Shown here piece by piece: positions 37,474-47,794 of a stretch of 64,000 bases of DNA; the stretch's first letter is position 1, and every line of letters starts with the position of its first letter. Position numbers and translations under genes: made by a program. A model generated the notes under the pieces. It was not told the DNA's origin. It was given only the letters and a program-made list of their open reading frames with translations, and did not search any database. The DNA is from Gemmatimonadota bacterium (lineage in GTDB: Bacteria > Gemmatimonadota > Gemmatimonadetes > Longimicrobiales > Gaopeijiaceae), in the NCBI GenBank assembly GCA_034521595.1, contig JAXHMG010000003.1:160001-224000 (forward strand), given 5' to 3'.

Positions 37474-38037
37474 TCAGAGCACCCAGGGGAGGAGGACGTG
37501 AACCGTGAGCAGGCCTCCGGCGAAGAAGCCGAGGACCGCGACGAGCGAGGAGCGTTGGAGGGTCGAGAGGCCGGAGATCGCGTGCCCGCTGGTGCACCCG
37601 TTCGCATAGCGGGCGCCGAACCCGACCAGGAATCCGCCGAGCAGGACGAGCACGAGTCCCGGCACGGACGTCAGGGCTTCGAAGCTGAAGAGGTCGGAGG
37701 GGACCATTCCCGCGAAGTCACGCACTCCGAGTGCCGTGAGCTCCTCCCGCGTTCCCTCCGCGATGGCGACCACGTGATCGGGGCGCGAGAGCACCCGCCA
37801 GCCCAGGAACCCACCGACGAGCATGCCTCCCGCCATGGCCAGGTGCCAGCCGCCGCGGCGCTTCCAGTCGTATCGGAAGTACTCGAGGCCGCTCGGGACC
37901 GCGGCGGCGCAGAGGTGCTGGAGCGACGATGACACACCCCACTTCTTGCCACCGTACCAGTAGATGAAGGGCACGACGAGCCCGATCAACGGGCCCGCGA
38001 CGTACCAGGGCCAGGGACGCGTCAGGATGTCCAGCAC
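37474..38037 (-). CDS. YeeE/YedE family sulfur-compound transporter (first half)
   Basis: PWPWYVAGPLIG, GGFLVGFGARYANGCTSGHAISG. Confidence 0.85.
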   Translation of the reverse strand: MLDILTRPWPWYVAGPLIGLVVPFIYWYGGKKWGVSSSLQHLCAAAVPSGLEYFRYDWKRRGGWHLAMAGGMLVGGFLGWRVLSRPDHVVAIAEGTREELTALGVRDFAGMVPSDLFSFEALTSVPGLVLVLLGGFLVGFGARYANGCTSGHAISGLSTLQRSSLVAVLGFFAGGLLTVHVLLPWVL

Positions 38038-38152
38038 TCGGGTGTCCTCCGGGGTCCACGGTGCGCTCGCACGGGAGCGATGCCCATCGTCTCGAACACG
38101 AATCTGCGCGGTCGGTCGGCCGCGTGCCAGCCCGGTCGCCTGCGCCGTCCCG

Positions 38153-39628
38153 TCAACCTCCGCCCGATGCGGCGTCCTCGCGGTAGTCCAGCGGTGGATC
38201 CCTGTCCCCGAGCAAAGGCTCGTAGGTCCAGTCGTCGGGAAGCCGCTCCCGATGCTCGGCGCGTGCCCGGTCCAGCAGCGCCGGATCAGTGAGGAGATCC
38301 GCCGCGGTCAGCGCGAGGGTCTTGGCCGCCACGATCATCCCCTTGTTCCCGATCGAGGTCCCGCCGGCGGCGATGGCCTGCCAGGAGTGGGTCGCCGTCC
38401 CCGGTACCCAGGTCGCCGCGCTCATTCCGCCGGTCGGAACGACCCAGCTGACGTCGGCCACGTCCGTGGACCACGACCCCGCGCTCTCGACGACGGCGAA
38501 CGGCTGGACTTCGGAGGCGGATTCGAGCGGAGGGGCGTCGGACGGCAAGCTCTCGCGCAGTCGCTCGGCGAAGGCGCGCTCGTCCTCGTCGTACGTGACA
38601 CCGCCCACGCGCACCAGATTCTCGTGAATGGCCTCCTGGAGTGCGACGTTGGGCAGGAGGTTGTAGAGGCCGTGCATGACCTCGACGTTCATGGTCGTGC
38701 CCGTTCCGAGCGCCGCACCTTCCGCGGCGGCCGTGATGCGGTCGAAGATGGACTGCACTTCGGCGGGGTCGGGGTGCCGGACGTAGTAGTAGACCTCGGC
38801 TGCGTCCGGGACCACGTTGGGCGCGGCGCCTCCGTTGGTGATCACGTAGTGGATCCGCGTCTCCTGCGGCACGTGCTCGCGCATGAGATTCACCATGTGG
38901 TTCATGGCCTCCACGCCGTCGAGCGCGGAGCGGCCCCGCTCCGGGGCGGCGGCGGCGTGCGCGGACACTCCCGAAAAACGGAACCGTGCGGATTTATTCG
39001 CGAGGGTGCTGATCGCGCCCGCGTCGTTGCGGTCGCCCGGGTGCCAGTTGAGGACGACGTCCGCGTCGTCGAAGAGCCCCTCGCGGACCATGTAGACCTT
39101 TCCGGCGCCGCCTTCCTCGGCCGGCGTTCCGTACAGCCGGATCTCGCCGGCTTCGCCGGTCGCGGCCATCCATTCCTTGGTGGCGACCGCCGCCGCGACC
39201 GAACCGGCCGCGAAGAGATGGTGACCGCAGGCGTGGCCCGCGTGGGTTCCTTCCAGTGGCGCCCGCGTCGGGTCGCGGCCCTGGGTGATGCCGGGAAGGG
39301 CGTCGTATTCGGCCAGGATCCCGATGACCGGGCCTTCTTCCTGCTTCCAACTCGCGACGAAGGCGGTCGGGATTCCGGCGACGCCCATCTCCACCTCGAA
39401 ACCCGCCTCGGTGAGCGACGACGCCAACAGCTCGGCACTTTGCTCTTCCTGGTAGCCGACTTCGGCGAGGTCCCAGATCCGTTGGGCCATCTCCCCGTAC
39501 TCCGCCGCATGCCCGTCGATGAAGTCGGTCAGCGCGGAGGGATCGTACTGGGCTTCGGCGATGGACGGCAACGCGACGAGCCCGGACACGAGGACGAGGC
39601 ACGCTTTCGGGGAGCGGAGTCGAAGCAT
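38153..39628 (-). CDS. Secreted M20 amidohydrolase (AbgB-like)
   Basis: Signal peptide, EYDALPG, GHACGH, GTPAEEGG, WHP, GRSALD, STDVADVSW, HSWQ. Confidence 0.85.
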   Translation of the reverse strand: MLRLRSPKACLVLVSGLVALPSIAEAQYDPSALTDFIDGHAAEYGEMAQRIWDLAEVGYQEEQSAELLASSLTEAGFEVEMGVAGIPTAFVASWKQEEGPVIGILAEYDALPGITQGRDPTRAPLEGTHAGHACGHHLFAAGSVAAAVATKEWMAATGEAGEIRLYGTPAEEGGAGKVYMVREGLFDDADVVLNWHPGDRNDAGAISTLANKSARFRFSGVSAHAAAAPERGRSALDGVEAMNHMVNLMREHVPQETRIHYVITNGGAAPNVVPDAAEVYYYVRHPDPAEVQSIFDRITAAAEGAALGTGTTMNVEVMHGLYNLLPNVALQEAIHENLVRVGGVTYDEDERAFAERLRESLPSDAPPLESASEVQPFAVVESAGSWSTDVADVSWVVPTGGMSAATWVPGTATHSWQAIAAGGTSIGNKGMIVAAKTLALTAADLLTDPALLDRARAEHRERLPDDWTYEPLLGDRDPPLDYREDAASGGG

Positions 39629-39832
39629 GTTCGTGGTTTTCTCCTGTCGTGGTTCGGGGTCGCTCGCTCGATGAGCGGGCGGAACTGGTAACACCGGTAG
39701 GGCTCGGGGGTTGCACTCGCCGTGGCCCCGCAGGGAGCGGAACACCCGCCGAGGCTCACCCTCTCTTGGGAATCCCTCTTCCGTTCGTGAGATTAAAGCG
39801 GCCGCTATCCCCGAGGTGGAGCTTCATGCCCG

Positions 39833-40222
39833 ATGCCCAGAAAGCGTCTCATCGTCGTCGGTGACCGTGTGCTGATCGAGCCGGAGGAAGGTGAAGACCG
39901 GACGAAGGTGGGCCTCTACCTGCCTCAAACAGCCATGGACAACCAGGCCGTGCAAGGAGGAACCGTGGCGGCGACCGGCCCGGGGAACGCCGTGTCTCCT
40001 CCCGCCGATCTCGGGGACGAACCCTGGAAGATGGGGAGCGATACGGCCGAGGCCCAGTATGTCCCTCTGCAGGCGGAGATCGGTGACTACGCGATCTTCT
40101 TCCGCCGCGCCGCCGTGGAGATCACGTTCGAGGACGTACGCTATCTGGTCGTTCCGCAGGCCGCGATTCTCGCGCTCGTCCGGGAAGAGCTCGACGAAGA
40201 CGTGAACCTTCCGCCGCTCTGA
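39833..40222 (+). CDS. GroES-family co-chaperonin, stand-alone
   Basis: VVGDRVLI, TKVGLYLP, GTVAATGPG, YLVV...IL. Confidence 0.8.
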   Translation: MPRKRLIVVGDRVLIEPEEGEDRTKVGLYLPQTAMDNQAVQGGTVAATGPGNAVSPPADLGDEPWKMGSDTAEAQYVPLQAEIGDYAIFFRRAAVEITFEDVRYLVVPQAAILALVREELDEDVNLPPL

Positions 40223-40223
40223 G

Positions 40224-41750
40224 ATGGCCGTTCGCACGCCGAGCGGGAGCTCACGCCGGGCGCGGTCCGTGGACCTCGAGCGCTACCGGGCGATCATCCC
40301 GGACTGGAAGGCGTTCACCGACGCGGCCTCTCGTGAGGAACCCACGGTCTTCCGAGTGAGGGCCGGACGCGTCGACGAGTCCGGGCTGGTCGAACGGCTG
40401 CGTGCGCAGGGATTCCGGACCCGCCCGTTGGACGGCATGCCCGGATTTCATCAGGTGGAACGTGAGCCCTATCCGTTGTCGAGAACCTTCGAGCATTGGA
40501 ACGGCCTCCTCTATCTGCAGCAGGCTTCGACCGGAGTGGCCGCGCGGGCGCTGGGACCGCGCCCGGGAGAGCGCGTGCTCGACCTGTGCTCGGCTCCCGG
40601 AGGCAAGACCGCCCATCTCGCGGATCTCATGGAGGACAGTGGGTGCCTCGTCGCCTCCGAGATCAGCGAAAGTCGCATTCGCGGCTTGCTCGGGAACCTG
40701 TACCGATTGGGGCACACCAACGTGCTGACCGTGGCGGCGGACGGCCGTGCGTTCCCCACCGGGGCGCGCTTCGACCGTGTTCTGGTGGATGCTCCGTGCT
40801 CGGGCGAAGGCACCCTCCGGAGACGCGCAGGCAAGGCCGGGCGGCAATCGCGTTCGTTCCTGGGGTACGTCACGTCGGCGCAGCAGCAGCTCCTGGAGCG
40901 AGCCGTCGAGCTCACGAAGCCCGGCGGCGATGTCCTCTATGTCACGTGCACGTTCGCTCCCGAGGAGAACGAGGCCATCGTGAGCCGCGCGCTCGCGGAG
41001 CTTCCGGTCGAGCTCGTGCCGCTCGAGCTTCCGGTTCCCCACGCGCCGGGACTGACCGCCTGGGACGGTGCCCGGTTCGATCCGCGCCTCGAAGGAGCCG
41101 CGCGCATCTACCCGCAACATCTCGATTCGGGTGGGCTCTTCCTGGCCAAGCTGCGGCGCATGGACGACGCCACCGGTACGGCCTCCAGCGCGGGCGCGGG
41201 ATGGACCTCCGTGCCCGAAGCGTTTCCGGATGCCCGGGACGGGGAGGGGACCGAATCCCTCGTCGGCGGGGAGGTGGATCCGCGGGGGTTGGTCACGAGC
41301 GCGATGGACGAGCTCGGGGACCGGTTCGGAGTTTCTCGGGAGCGGCTGAACGCCCTGTCGTGGACGGTGCGTGGGGGACGCGTGTGGATGCACTCGGTGA
41401 GCGGCTGGCCGCTGGAAGCTTGGGCGGAAGGGACGTGGCGCGCGATCTCGATCGGGGTTCGGGCCGTCGAGTTCGACTCGAAGGGACGCGCGCGTCCGAC
41501 CAACGACGCGCTGAGGTTGCTGTCTCGCGATGTGGACGGACGCCGGGTGGAGCTGAGCCGATCCGAGCTACGGCGCTTTCTCGACCGGGAGCCGCTGGCC
41601 TCGACTCTCGATCTGCGCGGGCCGGTAGCGGTCAGCTACGACGGGGACGTGGTCGGACGGGGTGCGCTGACCCGGGAGGGCCTCAAGTCCGAAGTGCCGA
41701 AGGCCAGGGCGCAGGACCTGGTGCGGGTGCTCGACCAGGGCGGCGGCTGA
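40224..41750 (+). CDS. RsmB/NOP (RsmF-like) RNA m5C methyltransferase
   Basis: VLDLCSAPGGKT, VDAPCSGEG, YVTCT..PEENE. Confidence 0.9.
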   Translation: MAVRTPSGSSRRARSVDLERYRAIIPDWKAFTDAASREEPTVFRVRAGRVDESGLVERLRAQGFRTRPLDGMPGFHQVEREPYPLSRTFEHWNGLLYLQQASTGVAARALGPRPGERVLDLCSAPGGKTAHLADLMEDSGCLVASEISESRIRGLLGNLYRLGHTNVLTVAADGRAFPTGARFDRVLVDAPCSGEGTLRRRAGKAGRQSRSFLGYVTSAQQQLLERAVELTKPGGDVLYVTCTFAPEENEAIVSRALAELPVELVPLELPVPHAPGLTAWDGARFDPRLEGAARIYPQHLDSGGLFLAKLRRMDDATGTASSAGAGWTSVPEAFPDARDGEGTESLVGGEVDPRGLVTSAMDELGDRFGVSRERLNALSWTVRGGRVWMHSVSGWPLEAWAEGTWRAISIGVRAVEFDSKGRARPTNDALRLLSRDVDGRRVELSRSELRRFLDREPLASTLDLRGPVAVSYDGDVVGRGALTREGLKSEVPKARAQDLVRVLDQGGG

Positions 41751-41778
41751 GGTCGGTCCTCGGATCCGGTCCGTGGCC

Positions 41779-42204
41779 TCAACCGCGGCCGGCATCCCGC
41801 CGGTCACTCCGAAGGTGGCGGGCGAACGTCGCGTCCGCGGGGGCCATCGGGATCTCCAGCATCTCTCCGGGGGCGAACCAGCCGACCGCCTCGTGCTCGA
41901 GCGTGCTCGGCGTACCCTCTGCGAATATCTCGACGAACTCGATGAGGAACCGTGAGGTGCCGTCCATGACCGAGAGGAGCGGGCCACCCGCGGCGGTCAC
42001 GAGCAGCCCCATCTCTTCGAGGAGCTCACGTCTGACTGCGTCCAGCGTGGACTCGCCCGGGTCGAGCTTCCCTCCGGGAAACTCCCAAAGGCCCCCGTGT
42101 CTCTTACGGGCGGGACGGCGCCCCAGGAGGTAGCGGCCCTCTCGGTGGAGCACGGCCGCCACCACCCGTACCATCCCTTCCGGAGCCGCGCCGCCCGCGG
42201 TCAC
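41779..42204 (-). CDS. NUDIX hydrolase (MutT/NudG-like)
   Basis: WEFPGGKLDPGE....VRRELLEEMG Nudix box. Start 42204 (GTG) or 42174 (ATG). Confidence 0.85.
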   Translation of the reverse strand: MTAGGAAPEGMVRVVAAVLHREGRYLLGRRPARKRHGGLWEFPGGKLDPGESTLDAVRRELLEEMGLLVTAAGGPLLSVMDGTSRFLIEFVEIFAEGTPSTLEHEAVGWFAPGEMLEIPMAPADATFARHLRSDRRDAGRG

Positions 42205-42389
42205 TGCGTCGGTCCGGTCATCGGGTCACTCGGTCGTGACGAGGCATACGGAAGCTCCCACTTTTTCAACACCCTTCTAGTACCTGTAGACTGTAATACC
42301 CGGGCAGGGTAGAGAAAGCCCACGGGTGAACAGCCCGCGACGCGACTCGCGCCCGGTCCGTGTTTCATTGAACGTCGTCCGGAGCACTC

Positions 42390-43367
42390 ATGAACCCGCC
42401 GCGCAAGCTGAGTCGTCGTGCTTTCTTGACCCGGAGCACCATGGGAGCGGCCGGCCTCGGTCTGGCCGGCGTCGGTCTGGACGTGGGGTTCGGCGGACGG
42501 GAATTGGAATCGGCTCTACCCCGCGCGCGAGGGCAGTTCCCCGTCGTCGCCTCCGAGCCGTGGGGACGCATCCTCCGAATCGCGGACCGGGTCTGGGCGC
42601 TCGAATCCGACCCTCTGACCGATCGCACGACGCTTTGCAATGGCGGCATCGTGGCGGGGAGAGCCGGGGTCGTCATGATCGAAGCCTTCGGCTCGGACGA
42701 AGGCGCTCGGTGGATGGCGCGGCAAGCGGAACGGCTGGCCGGCCGGCCGCCCACGCACGTGGTGCTCACGCATCACCACGCGGACCACACGTCGGGCCTT
42801 CGGGGAGCGACCGAGACGCGCGGGCTCGAAATCCTCGCCACCGCCGCGACTCTGGAACGAGTCGCCGAGGCCTCTGGCACCCCGGAAGCGGCACCGGAAG
42901 CGGATGTCACCGTCATCGGGGACGGTCGTCCCACGGAGCTCGACCTCGGGGACCGCTCTCTCCTGCTCGTTCCGCGGCGGGGGCATACCGCTTCGGACCT
43001 CACCGTCGAAGTCTTCGATGCTCCGGTCGTCTTCGCGGGGGACCTCGTTTGGAACGGCATGTTCCCGAACTACGTCGACGCGAGTCCGGGACGCCTTTCC
43101 CGGACCGTTCGCGTCCTCAGGGCGCGTGGCGCGGAGATCTACGTGACCGGGCACGGTGCCCTCGCGGACGGCGAGGCTCTCGATCGCTACATCGACCTCC
43201 TCGACCATGTGGAAGGGGCGGCACGCACCGCGGCCGCCGAAGGATGGTCGGCGGCGGAGGCCGCCGCGCGCTACCGGCTCCCCGCCGAGATGGAAGACTG
43301 GACGTTGTTCGACCCCGGATACGTCCAACGTGCCCTCGGCGCGTGGCTCCGCGAGTTGGAGGGATGA
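42390..43367 (+). CDS. Tat-exported MBL-fold metallo-hydrolase
   Basis: SRRAFL, THHHADH, GHT, FAGDL, TGHG. Confidence 0.85.
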   Translation: MNPPRKLSRRAFLTRSTMGAAGLGLAGVGLDVGFGGRELESALPRARGQFPVVASEPWGRILRIADRVWALESDPLTDRTTLCNGGIVAGRAGVVMIEAFGSDEGARWMARQAERLAGRPPTHVVLTHHHADHTSGLRGATETRGLEILATAATLERVAEASGTPEAAPEADVTVIGDGRPTELDLGDRSLLLVPRRGHTASDLTVEVFDAPVVFAGDLVWNGMFPNYVDASPGRLSRTVRVLRARGAEIYVTGHGALADGEALDRYIDLLDHVEGAARTAAAEGWSAAEAAARYRLPAEMEDWTLFDPGYVQRALGAWLRELEG

Positions 43368-43406
43368 CAATTGTGTAGTATCGTCTAGCGCATACGACAA
43401 AATTGT
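43367..43406. promoter_or_regulatory. Paired ACA-N4-TGT sites upstream of the activator gene (candidate autoregulatory operator)
   Basis: ACAATTGTGT at 43367 and ACAAAATTGT at 43397, 30 bp apart. Confidence 0.6.
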
Positions 43407-43451
43407 AACCCCCGTGCTCGGGGGCGCCCTTCATCGGACGGACGCCATTCC

Positions 43452-45002
43452 GTGGACCGACGCGACGTACGCAAGCTCTCCACTCTGCTCGAGGTCAGCC
43501 AGACGCTCGGCTCGACGCCCGACCTCCGCACGGCGCTCGTGCGCGTGCTCGAGATCCTCGAGGAGCGACACGGAACGGTCGCGGGCGCGGTCACCCTCTT
43601 CGATCGTGACTCGGGGCGGCTGGCGATCGAGGCCGCGACGGGCATCACCTGGCAGGTGCGGCGGCGGGCGTCGTACAAGCTCGGCGAGGGCGTGACCGGA
43701 CGCGTCGTGCAAAGCGGCAAGCCGGTGGTCGTGCCCCGGGTGAGTCACGAGCCGCTCTTCCTCGACCGCACCGGGGTTTGGAAGGAAGGCGGTCACGACG
43801 AGCTGAGCTTCGTGTGCGTGCCCGTCTCCGTGGACGGACGAACGGAGGGGAGCCTCGGCGTCACCGTTCCGTACGATGGGAATCGCTCGTTCGATCGCGA
43901 GACCGAGTTTCTCGGGGTGGTCGCCTCGATGGTCGGGCAGTCGGTGCGGGTTCATCGGCTCGTCGAGACGGAGCGCGAGCGACTCCTGGAGGAGAACAGC
44001 CAGCTTCGCCAGGAGCTCAAAGAGCGCTACGAGTTCCGGAACATCATCGGCAACAGCCGTGAGATGCGGGAGGTGTACGAAGAGGTGGCGCAGGTGGCGG
44101 GGAGCCCGACCACCGTCATGATCCGCGGAGAGTCCGGGACCGGAAAGGAGATGGTCGCTCACGCCATCCACTACAACTCTCCTCGTGCCGAGCGCCCTTT
44201 CGTGAAGGTGAGCTGCGGGGCGCTCCCCGAGAGCCTGATCGAGTCGGAGCTCTTCGGATACGAGCCCGGGGCCTTCACCGATGCCCGCGCCCAGAAGAAG
44301 GGCCGCTTCGAGCTGGCGGACGGGGGGACGCTCTTTCTCGACGAGGTGGGCGAGCTGTCGCAGTCCACCCAGGTGAAGCTCCTGCGGGTGCTCCAGGAGC
44401 AGGAGTTCGAGCGGTTGGGCGGCGTAGAGTCCATCGCGGTGGACGTGCGCGTGATCGCCGCGACCAACAGAGACCTCGAGGGCGCGATGCGCGAGGGCGA
44501 GTTCCGTGAGGATCTGTATTACCGCCTCAACGTGTTCAGCATCTTCATGCCGTCGCTCCGGGACCGGAAACCGGACATTCTCCTGCTCGCGGATCACTTC
44601 GTCGACAAGTACGCGACCAAGCTGGGTAAGCCCGTCCGCCGGATCTCCACGCCGGCCATCGACATGCTGATGAGCCACCACTGGCCGGGGAACGTGCGGG
44701 AGCTCGAGAACTGTATCGAACGGGCGGTGCTGGTCTGCAACGGTGGGGTGATCCACGGTCACGACCTTCCGGCGACGCTTCAGACCGCACAGGTGTCGGG
44801 GACGCTCCCGGGTGCCTCGCTCGAGGACGCGGTGGGAAACTACGAGATGAACCTCATCGCGGATGCGCTCAAGACCGCGCGCGGCAACCAGGCCGAGGCC
44901 GCGAGGCTTCTCGATACGACCCCACGCGTGATCGGGTACAAGGCGAAGAAGCACGGTATCGATCCCGATCGCTACCGGGCCCCGGGGCGCGTCGACGGCT
45001 GA
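43452..45002 (+). CDS. Sigma-54 enhancer-binding protein, GAF-AAA-HTH (NifA-like)
   Basis: GAF ([14 protein letters not shown]), [41 protein letters not shown], Fis-type HTH. No receiver domain. Confidence 0.9.
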   Translation: MDRRDVRKLSTLLEVSQTLGSTPDLRTALVRVLEILEERHGTVAGAVTLFDRDSGRLAIEAATGITWQVRRRASYKLGEGVTGRVVQSGKPVVVPRVSHEPLFLDRTGVWKEGGHDELSFVCVPVSVDGRTEGSLGVTVPYDGNRSFDRETEFLGVVASMVGQSVRVHRLVETERERLLEENSQLRQELKERYEFRNIIGNSREMREVYEEVAQVAGSPTTVMIRGESGTGKEMVAHAIHYNSPRAERPFVKVSCGALPESLIESELFGYEPGAFTDARAQKKGRFELADGGTLFLDEVGELSQSTQVKLLRVLQEQEFERLGGVESIAVDVRVIAATNRDLEGAMREGEFREDLYYRLNVFSIFMPSLRDRKPDILLLADHFVDKYATKLGKPVRRISTPAIDMLMSHHWPGNVRELENCIERAVLVCNGGVIHGHDLPATLQTAQVSGTLPGASLEDAVGNYEMNLIADALKTARGNQAEAARLLDTTPRVIGYKAKKHGIDPDRYRAPGRVDG

Positions 45003-45068
45003 TCCGCCGGGCTGCCTCGTGTACGCCCGGGCCCATTCGCTTCTTCGTCTCCCCTTGTCCCCCATGCA

Positions 45069-45108
45069 ACGAAATTGTCGTTGTATAGGGCTAGGCCTAC
45101 AAAATTGT
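45069..45108. promoter_or_regulatory. Paired upstream activator sites of the glnB operon
   Basis: ACGAAATTGT at 45069 and (CT)ACAAAATTGT(AG) at 45099, 30 bp apart, 100-140 bp before the -24 element. Confidence 0.65.
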
Positions 45109-45178
45109 AGCTCTTTTTTGGCGCGTGGGTTTCGGCATCTGATCTTGTAAGTTCTTGCAGCCATTGAGGTTGTGGTGA

Positions 45179-45634
<456 letters not shown>

Positions 45635-45689
45635 CGCCCGCCCCGCTCCCGTCCCAAGTCCCTTCCCACTCCACACGGTGATCCGAGTG

Positions 45690-47060
45690 ATGAAGCATCA
45701 CATAGATACGGCGTTCTCGCGCATCCTCCTCCCGGGCCTGGCTCTGCTCCTCGCGTCACTGGCCGCTCCCGCCGCGTTGGCGGCTCAGTCGGAGCCTTCG
45801 GTCGATTCCGTAGCGGCCGCGACAGAGCTCGTACAGCGCCACGCGGATTTTCTCTGGACGCTCCTCGCGGCCATTCTCGTGTTCCTCATGCAGGCCGGCT
45901 TTTCCTTGATCGAGGCCGGCATGACTCGGGCGAAGAACGCCGTCAACATATGCATGAAGAACCTCATGGACCTTTCCCTGGGGTCGTTGGCGTTCTGGCT
46001 CGTCGGCTTCGGGATCATGTTCGGACCGAGCGGCGGCTGGTTCGGCACCAGCGGGTTCATGCTCTCCGACTACGCGGCGGACCAGGATCCGTGGCTCTAC
46101 GTCTTCTGGATCTTCCAGACGGTATTCGCGGCGACCGCGGCGACCATCGTGTCCGGAGCGATGGCCGAGCGAACCAAGTTCTCGGCCTACATCATGTACA
46201 GCGTCTTCCTCACGGCCCTGGTCTATCCCGTGTTCGGAAGCTGGGCGTGGGGGAGCCTGCACAAAGGTGACGGTTGGCTCGAAGGGCTGGGCTTCATCGA
46301 CTTCGCCGGCTCCACGGTGGTTCACAGCGTAGGAGGATGGGGCGCGCTGGCGGGCGCCCTGGTCATCGGGCCTCGGCTCGGCCGGTTCACCGCCGACGGC
46401 AAGCCGCGCGCGATGCCCGGGCACAACCTGATCTTCGCTACCCTCGGCATGTTCATCCTCTGGTTCGGTTGGTTCGGGTTCAACGCGGGGAGCACCACTG
46501 CGGCGACCTCCGACATCGCCCTGATCGCGGTGAACACGAACCTTTCGGCCGCGGCGGGCGCGGTCGCTGCGATGCTCACGTCCTGGACCTTCCTCAGGAA
46601 GCCCGACGCGACCATGACGATCAACGGAGCGCTCGCGGGTCTCGTGGGCATCACGGCGGGGTGCGCGAACGTCGTGCCCGGGTCGTCCATTCTCATCGGT
46701 CTGATCTCCGGGGTCATCGTCGTCTTTTCCGTGCTCTTCTTCGACCGGCTTCGGATCGACGATCCGGTCGGGGCGATCTCCGTGCACGGGGTGTGCGGCG
46801 CGTGGGGTACGCTCGCCGCCGGCTTGTTCAACGTGGGCGGCGTGACCTGGGCCATAATCGGTACGCAGCTCCTGGGCATCGCGGCCGCCTTCGTGTGGGC
46901 GTTCGGCATGATGTTCGTCTTCTTCAAGGTGGTTCACGCGACGTTCGGCATCCGGGTTTCCCCCGAAGAGGAAATCGCAGGCCTGGACGCCTTCGAACAC
47001 GGCAACGAGGCGTACGGCCCGGACACCTTCAGCTCCGACGCGCACGGGGTAACGGCGTGA
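45690..47060 (+). CDS. amtB: Ammonium transporter
   Basis: MQAGF, SGAMAER, DFAGSTVVH, WFGWFGFNAGS, DDPVGAISVHG. Confidence 0.95.
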   Translation: MKHHIDTAFSRILLPGLALLLASLAAPAALAAQSEPSVDSVAAATELVQRHADFLWTLLAAILVFLMQAGFSLIEAGMTRAKNAVNICMKNLMDLSLGSLAFWLVGFGIMFGPSGGWFGTSGFMLSDYAADQDPWLYVFWIFQTVFAATAATIVSGAMAERTKFSAYIMYSVFLTALVYPVFGSWAWGSLHKGDGWLEGLGFIDFAGSTVVHSVGGWGALAGALVIGPRLGRFTADGKPRAMPGHNLIFATLGMFILWFGWFGFNAGSTTAATSDIALIAVNTNLSAAAGAVAAMLTSWTFLRKPDATMTINGALAGLVGITAGCANVVPGSSILIGLISGVIVVFSVLFFDRLRIDDPVGAISVHGVCGAWGTLAAGLFNVGGVTWAIIGTQLLGIAAAFVWAFGMMFVFFKVVHATFGIRVSPEEEIAGLDAFEHGNEAYGPDTFSSDAHGVTA

Positions 47061-47134
47061 GGAGCCTTCCCATGCTCATCGAGTCCGACGGTCGGCCGAC
47101 TCGGGTTCGCTCCCGTCATACATCCACTTCCAGA

Positions 47135-47785
47135 ATGACCAAATCCATGATGAAGCCTTTGATCGTCGCCGTGTTCCTGCTCTCGCTCTCCCTCCCCTCC
47201 CGGGCGGTGAGTCAGGAGGTCGATATGACGGCCAACGTCGGCTGGGTGAGCGAGTATTTGTACCGGGGCATCCCGCAGAACACCTCCTCCGCCAGCATGG
47301 GCCTCGACCTGGCCGTGGGGCCCGTGTATCTGGGCACGTGGGCGGCTGATGTCGGGGAAGGCGCCGAGGTGGATCTCTACGGGGGCGTGGGCATCGACGT
47401 GCACGGGCTCGCCCTCAGCGCCGGCGGGACGGGTTATCTCTACACCGGAGAGTTCGACGACACGTATGCGGAGGGGAACTTCGGCGCCGCCTATGGGCCC
47501 GTGTCCGTGGATTTCGCGGTGGGACGGTATCTCACCGATCCCGAGACCCTCGACTACACCTTCCTGGTGGTCGGAGGAGAGGTGCGCGGGTGGTACGCGA
47601 ACCTCGGGCGGTTCGACGGGGACTTCGACGGCATGTACGGCGAGCTCGGATACGGCTTCACCGTCAGCGAGATCGACTTCACCGTCGGTTGGGTGTTGAG
47701 CGATGCCGAGCTCGCCTTGCTTCCTTCGGGTAGGTCGAATGCCACACTGGTCCTGGGGCTGTCCCGGGTCTTCACGTTGAGGTGA
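47135..47785 (+). CDS. TorF/Gcw_chp-like putative outer-membrane porin
   Basis: Signal peptide, SEYLYRGIPQ, EVDLYGG, alternating beta pattern. Family is commonly linked to glnK-amtB. Start could be 47135, 47147 or 47150. Confidence 0.75.
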   Translation: MTKSMMKPLIVAVFLLSLSLPSRAVSQEVDMTANVGWVSEYLYRGIPQNTSSASMGLDLAVGPVYLGTWAADVGEGAEVDLYGGVGIDVHGLALSAGGTGYLYTGEFDDTYAEGNFGAAYGPVSVDFAVGRYLTDPETLDYTFLVVGGEVRGWYANLGRFDGDFDGMYGELGYGFTVSEIDFTVGWVLSDAELALLPSGRSNATLVLGLSRVFTLR

Positions 47786-47794
47786 GTCGACGCC

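Noticed and set aside
39710-39736. CIRCE element upstream of the groES-like gene
   Set aside because: Only a left-arm-like TTGCACTC is present, with no GAGTGC right arm.
43452-45002. Evidence for nitrogen fixation from the NifA-like protein
   Set aside because: No nif genes in the window, and no TGT-N10-ACA site noticed at the adjacent promoter.
46274-47134. 503-aa ORF fused to the porin
   Set aside because: The upstream part is an off-frame overlap of amtB. The signal peptide begins at about 47135-47150.
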